Positions 25,577-32,000 of a DNA stretch of 32,000 nucleotides are shown in pieces (the first letter of the stretch is position 1; each line of letters begins with the position of its first letter). Source of the DNA: Vibrio vulnificus CMCP6. GTDB lineage: Bacteria > Pseudomonadota > Gammaproteobacteria > Enterobacterales > Vibrionaceae. The notes beneath the pieces are model-generated. The model searched no databases. It had not been told where the DNA came from and saw nothing but the letters and a program-made list of their open reading frames with translations. Made by a program: the position numbers and the translations under genes. The stretch is from the NCBI RefSeq assembly GCF_000039765.1, contig NC_004460.2:1500001-1532000 (forward strand), written 5' to 3'.

Positions 25577-26491
25577 ATGGACACGAATAGATTAATTCCA
25601 CTGCTTTCTGAGATGGCCATTTTCGTGAATGTCGTCGAATCTGGCAGTTTTTCGAAAACCGCGCAAAAGCTCGGTGTGTCGCCGTCTTCGGTCAGTCGCT
25701 CGATAACGCGCTTGGAAAATGTGCTGGAAAAGAAACTGCTTGAGCGCACGACGCGACAAATGCGGTTAAGTGCGACGGGGCAAGAAGTCTATAGCCTGTG
25801 CAGTGATATGCTCAATGCGGCCAAAATGGCGGTTTCCGCAGCGCAAACGGACAAAAGTGAAGCGTCTGGCTCACTTCGCATTGCAGCGCCGAAAGCGTTA
25901 TCTCGCCAAGTATTGATGCCGCTGGTGCTCGATTTCATTGCTGAACACCCCAAAGTGGCGCTGCAACTGAAAGTCGCGGATCACTATATCGACCCGATAG
26001 GCGATGAGGTGGACGTAATCATCCAAATCACTGACAAACCAACCGAAGGTTTGGTGGCTCGTAGCTTAGGTCGTTGCCGTTTGGTGCTGTGTGCAAGCCC
26101 AGACTATTTGCAGCAGCAAGGCACGCCGAATCATCCAGATGATTTAGTGGGGCACAACTGTTTGTGCTTGGGAGAAAATCCGCGTGATAGGGTGTGGGAT
26201 TTTACCATTGGCAGCCGAAAAATCTCGGTGAACGTGAAGGGCTCATTTGCGGTCAATCACAGTGAAATTCGTCGTGAAGCGGTGCTGAGAGGATTGGGTA
26301 TTTCGGTGTTTCCTGAGTTTGCGATTCGTTCTTATATTGAGTCGGGAGCGTTGACCGAGTTACTCAGTGACTGGCACCTCGGCGGTAATTATCAAGGGCA
26401 GATTTTGGCGCAATATGCGCAGTCAAAATATGTGCCGCAGCAGATCAAAACCTTTATTGAATACCTCCAACAACGCATGGTGCATGCATAG
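25577..26491 (+). CDS. LysR-family transcriptional regulator, divergent from the ligase/dioxygenase/exporter operon
   Basis: HTH EMAIFVNVVESGSFSKTAQKLGVSPSSVSRSITRLENVLEKKLLERTTRQMRLSATG. Full LysR substrate-binding domain. Confidence 0.9.
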   Translation: MDTNRLIPLLSEMAIFVNVVESGSFSKTAQKLGVSPSSVSRSITRLENVLEKKLLERTTRQMRLSATGQEVYSLCSDMLNAAKMAVSAAQTDKSEASGSLRIAAPKALSRQVLMPLVLDFIAEHPKVALQLKVADHYIDPIGDEVDVIIQITDKPTEGLVARSLGRCRLVLCASPDYLQQQGTPNHPDDLVGHNCLCLGENPRDRVWDFTIGSRKISVNVKGSFAVNHSEIRREAVLRGLGISVFPEFAIRSYIESGALTELLSDWHLGGNYQGQILAQYAQSKYVPQQIKTFIEYLQQRMVHA

Positions 26492-26527
26492 CCCGTTGAT
26501 GGCCTCAAGGTAAGGGTGACCCCAAAC

Positions 26528-26567
26528 AAAAACCCCGTAGAGCGTTCGCTCCACGGGGTTTATTTTC
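26528..26567. terminator. Bidirectional intrinsic terminator between the LysR gene (+) and the DAACS transporter gene (-)
   Basis: CCCCGTAGAGCG (26533-26544) pairs with CGCTCCACGGGG (26547-26558) with one mismatch. CAAAAA lies upstream and TTTATTTT downstream. Confidence 0.8.
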
Positions 26568-26604
26568 GCTGTTTATTCGTGCCTATTAACGATGTAATCG
26601 CTGA

Positions 26605-27909
26605 TTAAGCGTCGGCACGTTTTAGGTGTACTTCTTCTTCTTTTTCACCTGCTTTTGGATCGGCGAAGCGTTCAAGATCTAAGGCACCTTCTGATTTCGC
26701 CACAATCACTGACACACACGCGTCACCGGTGATGTTTACGGCAGTGCGGATCATATCCAGTAGACGGTCGACACCCATGATCAGCGCGATACCTTCCAGT
26801 GGCAGACCCACTTGGTTGAGTACCATCGCCAGCATGACCAGACCAACGCCCGGAACACCAGCAGTACCGATAGACGCCAATGTTGCGGTGAGGATCACCA
26901 TCACATAGTCACCCATGCTGAGGTCGATGTTGAATGCTTGAGCGATAAACGCGGTCGCCACACCTTGCATGATGGCCGTACCATCCATGTTGACTGTTGC
27001 GCCCAACGGAACCGTGAACGAGGCGATTTTGTTGTCTACGCCTAGGCGGTTTTTAACCGTTTCCATGGTGGCTGGAATGGTGGCATTCGAGGAGGCCGTT
27101 GAGAAGGCAAACATAATGGCATCTTCCATTTTCTTCAAGAAAGTCAATGGACTTAGGCCAGTGAAGCCTTTTAGCATCAAGCTGTAAGTGACCAAACCAT
27201 GGATGAGCAGCGTTGCCGTCAACACTAGGAAGTATTCACCTAGATTGATGATTGCGCCCAAACCTAGGCCAGTAAACAGTTTCGCCATCAAGAAGAACAC
27301 GCCGTAAGGGGCGAGGTTCATCAGTAGCGCAACCAGCTTCATGATCACTTCGTTAAGATCAGAGAAGATCGCCGCAATGCGTTCGCCCGGTTTACCAGCT
27401 GCACTGATGGCAATACCAAACAGCAGTGCGAAGACGATCACTTGAAGCGTTTTGCCTTCGGCCATCGCACTGATTGGGTTGGTCGGGAACATATCGATGA
27501 TCACTTGACCCAATGACGGTGCTTCTGCCGATTTGAACGAGCTTGCTGCGGTGAGATCTGCACCTGCTCCAGGTTGGAATACCGTGCCCATGGTCAGAGC
27601 GAGCGTGATAGCAACGGCGGTGGTGGTGATATAAAACGCCAGGGTTTTACCACCCATGCGACCTAGGGTCGAGATATCTTTAAGTGAGCTGGTACCACAA
27701 ACAAGCGAAACAAAAATCAGTGGTACAACAAGCATTTTTAAGCTGGCAATAAAGATTTTACCGCCGACTTCAAAAAGTCCATTTACGATGTATGCGTCAA
27801 CAAATCCATTGTCAGCAAATAGCGCGCGAATCGCGAATCCTGTCAAGATACCCGCAACCATGCCAAGAATTACACGGCCGGTTAGCGACATCGGTTTCTT
27901 GGTATTCAT
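26605..27909 (-). CDS. Dicarboxylate/amino acid:cation symporter (DAACS family, GltP-like)
   Basis: 434 aa, polytopic. Family signatures: SSNATIPATM (HP1 region), GATVNMDGTA (NMDGT motif) and DRLLDMIRTAVNITGD (the DxxRT segment). Confidence 0.9.
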   Translation of the reverse strand: MNTKKPMSLTGRVILGMVAGILTGFAIRALFADNGFVDAYIVNGLFEVGGKIFIASLKMLVVPLIFVSLVCGTSSLKDISTLGRMGGKTLAFYITTTAVAITLALTMGTVFQPGAGADLTAASSFKSAEAPSLGQVIIDMFPTNPISAMAEGKTLQVIVFALLFGIAISAAGKPGERIAAIFSDLNEVIMKLVALLMNLAPYGVFFLMAKLFTGLGLGAIINLGEYFLVLTATLLIHGLVTYSLMLKGFTGLSPLTFLKKMEDAIMFAFSTASSNATIPATMETVKNRLGVDNKIASFTVPLGATVNMDGTAIMQGVATAFIAQAFNIDLSMGDYVMVILTATLASIGTAGVPGVGLVMLAMVLNQVGLPLEGIALIMGVDRLLDMIRTAVNITGDACVSVIVAKSEGALDLERFADPKAGEKEEEVHLKRADA

Positions 27910-28016
27910 ATGAACACTCCTTATAGTTATGCACCTTGAGTTCAGTTCAAGGGGAGCAGCAGGGTAGCAGTGTCCACTAAAAATAAAAAAGTAAATTGAT
28001 GAATTGGATTAATAGA

Positions 28017-28032
28017 TGTGATCTATATCACC
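28017..28032. promoter_or_regulatory. Candidate CRP-binding site TGTGA-TCTATA-TCACC upstream of the DAACS symporter gene
   Basis: Matches the TGTGA-N6-TCACA consensus at 9 of 10 arm positions. The centre is about 115 bp upstream of the transporter ATG (27909). Confidence 0.45.
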
Positions 28033-28209
28033 TGAAAATTTAGTATATTCACAAGGTGATAACAAACTAAGCTAGAATATTTATCTGTTGAATTAGGTTG
28101 TTTATCTTTTTTATCGATAGATAAACAAACCCATCAATTCTTACCAGATGATAATCGCTATGCATATGCCTCTTGATTTTGCATAAACAAGCGCAAGTTA
28201 TGCACTTGC

Positions 28210-29310
28210 TTACTCTTCACCCACCTGAGGAGAGAATGACTTAGGGTGATGACGAGCATCTTGCTGATAAGCAAAATCGGCCAAACTCGCAAAGTTCTGA
28301 TGCGTCCAGACTTGCACTTTTTTTAAGGTATCAGGCAAGGCTGAAAAGTGTTTCTCCTCGTCGCTGGCAATCAGTTTCAGATTGACCCAATCGGAAATCG
28401 GACTACCATCAGAAAAGTACTCATTGAGTGACAGAGTATGCTCGCTTCCCGGGTAATTAGGCTGAAGGGTGTAACCTAGATGGTAGTCACGCTTGAGCAG
28501 CAGCCATTTGTCAGGCAAACGACGTGCGCTGTCCCACCACAGCCCATCGAGCGCTTCAATCTTCTGTTGAGTGATCTTTTTCGATTGTGCTTTGAATTCG
28601 CTCAGGCGTTCTTGCAGGGCGCGATCGACGTTTTTAGAGAAGGTTTTCTTATCCAAGGTTGGGTTGGTAAGAATCACCTGTTTCGCCAGTTGAGCGCCAA
28701 GCATGTTGGAGTAGAGATCTTCTGGGGAGAAGGCCGACGCTAACTCGTCGAAGCCGCCGACGGACATCAAACCAAACCACTGGGCAATTTCATGCCATTG
28801 CGCTAATTGGAAGGCGATGAACGCAGCCGCTTCAGCACTGCGTTGTACTTTTTCGGCTTGACTGAGAGACTCAGCCTGAAACTGAGGCTGCCAATGGATC
28901 TGCCGCACACGCAGCTCTTGTTTGAGCTCAACCTGATATTCCTGACCAAGATGGGCGAGATTTTCTTGATAGAGATAGAAGGTGTAATCCGCGGTGTCTC
29001 GAACGTGGGCGGTATCAATAAAGCCAGCGTGTTGGGTAAAAATTAATCCGTTGCTTTCATCGCCCAGACCGAGCAAATTGCCCGACACGGATTGTGAGCC
29101 ATCGTTGTAGCGGTGCTGGCCAATTTTGTCGGCGTCCACCACGTTACCCACCGAAAAGAACGGGACGGGAATGCCCCCCAACTGAGCTTTTAAGTCGTAA
29201 CCAAAGGCGCAACACGGGCGCACGCCCACGGGGGCATCAACTTCGGCAAACACCGAGGAAGAGAAGCTGGCGAGTAACAGAAGAAGAGTTGTTTTGTTCA
29301 TTTTCATCAT
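28210..29310 (-). CDS. Secreted/periplasmic protein of unknown function (366 aa), third gene of the envelope operon
   Basis: Signal peptide MMKMNKTTLLLLLASFSSSVFA/EVDAP. Conserved-looking N-terminal RPCCAFGYDLK segment. I could not place any catalytic motif. The start is 6 nt after the upstream stop. Confidence 0.7.
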   Translation of the reverse strand: MMKMNKTTLLLLLASFSSSVFAEVDAPVGVRPCCAFGYDLKAQLGGIPVPFFSVGNVVDADKIGQHRYNDGSQSVSGNLLGLGDESNGLIFTQHAGFIDTAHVRDTADYTFYLYQENLAHLGQEYQVELKQELRVRQIHWQPQFQAESLSQAEKVQRSAEAAAFIAFQLAQWHEIAQWFGLMSVGGFDELASAFSPEDLYSNMLGAQLAKQVILTNPTLDKKTFSKNVDRALQERLSEFKAQSKKITQQKIEALDGLWWDSARRLPDKWLLLKRDYHLGYTLQPNYPGSEHTLSLNEYFSDGSPISDWVNLKLIASDEEKHFSALPDTLKKVQVWTHQNFASLADFAYQQDARHHPKSFSPQVGEE

Positions 29311-29316
29311 GATTTT

Positions 29317-30432
29317 CTAAAACGCCTCATTGACATGAAAATAGAAACCGCTGCTCTCTTTGCCAAATCCCATATCGACGCGGACATTGATACGCGCTTT
29401 GAAGGCAAAACGATAACCGATACCAACGGTGGGGAGCCAAGATTGTTCGAGCAACTCGTTGTAGTGAGGGGCAATGGTGCCTGCGCCGACCCAAGCCACC
29501 ATCCCATGACGTTGATTAATGCTATGGCGCACCTCCACTTGGGTGGAGAGCTGATTGCGATCGCGATATTGGCCTTGATAGTAGCCGCGCATCCGTTGGT
29601 CATCGCCCAGCATGGCTTGATCGTACCAAGGCACGTCACCGGTAAACGCTTGGCTATAGAGTTCCATCGCCACAATGGTTTGCGAAGAAACTCGCAGATA
29701 ATGGCGTACATTCATCAACCATTGTTGGTAGTTGGTGTCGCTGCCATACTGACGGCGAAAGTCACTCCATTCAAGATTCCAATAGCTGCCCATTTCCGGA
29801 TTGGGTTCAAAATCGCGGCTGTCGTATTCCATACCCAGCAACATGCCGCTGCTTCTGCCATTACTCAGCGCTTTGGCTACGGGTGTCTCATCGTCAACGG
29901 TCACCCCTTGGTAGGTTTGCCAGTGCCATCCCGCTTTGAGATAGACGCTTGGCGCAATCTCATAAGCGATTTTTGGGTTGAATTGGTAACGTTGCGCATT
30001 GTACTGAGTTTTGTTGCTGTCGGTCTGCGCCGCGCTTTCGCCTTGGCCCCAGTAATAACCGGGTGTATGACTCACCCAACCATCGATCAGTAAGCGAATG
30101 CGATCGCCACAAAGATAGGTGCGATTTTCAACCCCTAACCCGTAAGAGCCTGAAGTCGAGGCATAGGAAGTCAGCGTTAAGGTGGAATAAGGGTCTACAG
30201 ATCGCCAGCCCGTTGGCGTATACAATCCCACGGCCGCGATGCCGATACCGAGCCCTTGCTCTGGGTTGACAAAGGGGCCCGGTAACACGCCCCAATCGAT
30301 CAGTTTGCTGGTATCGACGGTGTCGCTGGAACCCAGTTTCTCCAGTAGGTTATCTACCCAACTGCTTTGTGGTTTTGCAAAGGCACTGACACTGGTGAGA
30401 GCCAGCAGAGCGCAATACCCAACTTTGCTCAT
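29317..30432 (-). CDS. POTRA-less Omp85/BamA-superfamily outer-membrane beta-barrel (371 aa)
   Basis: Signal peptide MSKVGYCALLALTSVSAFA/KP. Alternating beta-strand pattern throughout. Omp85 loop-6-like motif RMRGYYQGQY (the (V/L)RG(Y/F) motif) and an xDxG segment (RVDMGFG). C-terminal aromatic residue (HVNEAF). The protein is too short to carry POTRA domains. Confidence 0.7.
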   Translation of the reverse strand: MSKVGYCALLALTSVSAFAKPQSSWVDNLLEKLGSSDTVDTSKLIDWGVLPGPFVNPEQGLGIGIAAVGLYTPTGWRSVDPYSTLTLTSYASTSGSYGLGVENRTYLCGDRIRLLIDGWVSHTPGYYWGQGESAAQTDSNKTQYNAQRYQFNPKIAYEIAPSVYLKAGWHWQTYQGVTVDDETPVAKALSNGRSSGMLLGMEYDSRDFEPNPEMGSYWNLEWSDFRRQYGSDTNYQQWLMNVRHYLRVSSQTIVAMELYSQAFTGDVPWYDQAMLGDDQRMRGYYQGQYRDRNQLSTQVEVRHSINQRHGMVAWVGAGTIAPHYNELLEQSWLPTVGIGYRFAFKARINVRVDMGFGKESSGFYFHVNEAF

Positions 30433-30435
30433 GGG

Positions 30436-31284
30436 TTAGAATCTCCGATCGACTGAGAAGAACATGCTCTGGCGGTCACCAAAACCAAACTCACCGAGCA
30501 GATACCAACTCTCATTGATTTGATACTGCATGCCCACAATGGGGTTCCATGGGGTTTGCAAGTGTTGCTGAACTTCGAAACGAGCATCACTGGGCAGCAG
30601 TGAGGTTAAGGATGAGGGCAAGCCCAGATCGGAAAGCGAACCTTTGAGTGTTTGCTCAACATCTTGGTACATGGCGCCAGCCCAAATACGCAGCGGTGTC
30701 CCGTGGCGATTGAAATCATAACCGACACGAGGAGAGACAACGATAGCGTCAATGGTACCGTCGATGACGGTCAAACGGCTTTGCGTGAAACTGGCGTCCA
30801 CCAACGCAAACCAGTTTTCATATCCCCCGACTAACACAGCGCCAAAGCCAGTGGTGTAGCCATCCAGATCCAAGCGAAAGTCTTGGATTTTATGGGTGAT
30901 AAACGGTCTGTTGGGGTTAAAGCCTGCGGTTAAGGTGACGTCTGTGGTCGAATAGCCATCTAGCTTACCCACCAAACCATACAAGTTAAGAAAGGGAAAC
31001 AGCCAAACGTCAGCCCGTAATGTCAGCACTTCGGTATATTGGCGTCCGGGTTCTGCATCCAAACCGATATCGAGATAGTTGAAGTCCAACCCTTGCAGAT
31101 CGATGGAATCGACATTAATACCTTGCTCCATCGTCATGTAACTCAAGTTAAAACCGATCGGTTTTGGCAAGGTGTAACCAAGCGCTTCTGCGTCTTCTTT
31201 CCAGATAGGCAGTGAAAAGGAGTCTGCTACGGTTGGGGTGGAGCAAGCAGCAAACAGTAAGGAGAGCAGAACGGCTTTTTTCAT
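30436..31284 (-). CDS. Outer-membrane beta-barrel protein (282 aa), possible lipoprotein, first gene of the envelope operon
   Basis: Signal peptide MKKAVLLSLLFAAC/S (weak lipobox, or SPase I cleavage at TVA/DS). Amphipathic beta-strand periodicity. C-terminal OMP signature FFSVDRRF. The stop is 3 nt before the next gene's start. Confidence 0.65.
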   Translation of the reverse strand: MKKAVLLSLLFAACSTPTVADSFSLPIWKEDAEALGYTLPKPIGFNLSYMTMEQGINVDSIDLQGLDFNYLDIGLDAEPGRQYTEVLTLRADVWLFPFLNLYGLVGKLDGYSTTDVTLTAGFNPNRPFITHKIQDFRLDLDGYTTGFGAVLVGGYENWFALVDASFTQSRLTVIDGTIDAIVVSPRVGYDFNRHGTPLRIWAGAMYQDVEQTLKGSLSDLGLPSSLTSLLPSDARFEVQQHLQTPWNPIVGMQYQINESWYLLGEFGFGDRQSMFFSVDRRF

Positions 31285-31422
31285 TCGTTAAACATCAATA
31301 AATAGAGCAAAACCGACATAAGTGGTTCAGCCATTGTTGTACATCGCCTTGGTTTAGGCACCTGTCAATGGTCTCTCATCCGTTGAACGCCATTTTGTGA
31401 CGATCATACACCTAATTTTTTA

Positions 31423-31446
31423 CAAGTAAACTTGAAAGTATACTTT
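31423..31446. promoter_or_regulatory. Two abutting dyads, CAAGT-AA-ACTTG and the perfect 12-bp palindrome AAAGTATACTTT, in the TetR/envelope-operon divergent region (candidate TetR operator)
   Basis: Both were checked by reverse-complementing. They sit in the 207-bp gap between the starts at 31284 (-) and 31492 (+). Confidence 0.35.
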
Positions 31447-31491
31447 TGTTATTTTTGCTCTATACTAAGCGGCAATGGAAAGAGGATGGCT

Positions 31492-32000
31492 ATGAAAGTT
31501 ACCGAGCAAAAACGGCTTGCCCTTATTGAGGCCGCCAAAGATGAATTTATAGAATTTGGTTTTAATGCCGCCAACATGGATCGTGTATGTGAAAAAGCAT
31601 CCACTTCAAAACGCACTCTTTATCGACACTTTGAAAGCAAAGAGTTGCTGTTCACTGCGGCCATTAATGCCATGGTGGAAAAGCAAAATGAGCACACCAC
31701 TTTTGTATATCAAGCTCATGTGGCGCTGGACTCGCAGCTCAAAGCGTACTTGCAGCGCAAAGTGACCTGTCTCTACAGTGAAGTGGGTTTGCCAGTGGTG
31801 CGTATGATCGTGGGTGAATTCATTCGAGAGCCCGAGCTGGCACAGCGATACCTAGCCTTGATGGGAGGCAAAGATGTAGAACTCAAACAATGGATAGAAA
31901 ATGCCATCAGTGACGGAAGACTCATCTCTGGCGATAGCCAACAAATCATGGCCACCTTGTTAAATTTGTTTCACGGTCAATTTTTATGGCCGCAATTGGT
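31492..32000 (+). CDS. TetR/AcrR-family transcriptional regulator (3'-truncated by the window end)
   Basis: Not in the ORF track because it has no stop in the window. Hand translation from the ATG at 31492 (an in-frame ATG is also at 31486) gives MKVTEQKRLALIEAAKDEFIEFGFNAANMDRVCEKASTSKRTLYRHFESKELLFTAAINAMVEK..., a textbook TetR N-terminal HTH. The frame stays open to position 32000. Confidence 0.85.
   Translation, partial: MKVTEQKRLALIEAAKDEFIEFGFNAANMDRVCEKASTSKRTLYRHFESKELLFTAAINAMVEKQNEHTTFVYQAHVALDSQLKAYLQRKVTCLYSEVGLPVVRMIVGEFIREPELAQRYLALMGGKDVELKQWIENAISDGRLISGDSQQIMATLLNLFHGQFLWPQL

Noticed and set aside
29335-30093. 252-aa plus-strand ORF
   Set aside because: It is antisense to the Omp85-like gene, which has a signal peptide, the RGY motif and a C-terminal Phe. 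The plus-strand product has no start context or motifs.
1-32000. Mobile elements, prophage, defence islands, CRISPR arrays, integron attC/VCR repeats
   Set aside because: I looked for transposase, integrase or recombinase genes, terminal inverted repeats, repeat-spacer periodicity and VCR-like ~120-bp repeats, and found none. The only compositional anomaly is the 8491-9700 islet, which has no mobility gene or flanking direct repeats that I could see.

Overview
This 32-kb window is gene-dense and reads like a Vibrionaceae chromosome segment. That placement is an inference from the protein repertoire (M9 collagenase with PPC domain, PnuC, many LysR regulators) and was not checked by any search. 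I can support 25 protein-coding genes. One of them, a TetR regulator running from 31492 to the window end, is missing from the ORF track because it has no stop in the window. I also support 8 hairpin terminators, one 14-bp tandem repeat and a few candidate operator sites. I saw no rRNA, tRNA, CRISPR array, transposase, integrase or phage genes. Content in order: HAD hydrolase; small secreted protein; a 1399-aa fused NAD(P)H-type formate dehydrogenase; GH2 beta-mannosidase-like enzyme; an AT-rich islet with an orphan LysR-like regulator; a trimeric-type purine nucleoside phosphorylase with a divergent LysR; a lipobox-bearing M9 collagenase; a SirB-like membrane protein; a stand-alone PBP2 paralog; a periplasmic protein; pnuC coupled to a Udp/DeoD-family nucleoside phosphorylase; a CSD-membrane fusion protein; Crp-like and GcvA-like regulators; the ligase/dioxygenase/exporter module described next; a DAACS symporter; and the three-gene envelope operon described next. 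Two candidates for an undescribed system stand out. (1) At 22587-26491, a terminator-insulated, LysR-associated operon encodes an argininosuccinate-synthase-like PP-loop ligase, a PF10014-type Fe(II)/2OG amino-acid dioxygenase and an EamA exporter. (2) At 28210-32000, a tightly packed operon encodes a beta-barrel protein, a POTRA-less Omp85-like barrel and a secreted protein of unknown family, with a divergent TetR regulator. All functional calls come from motif recognition by eye. No database search was possible.
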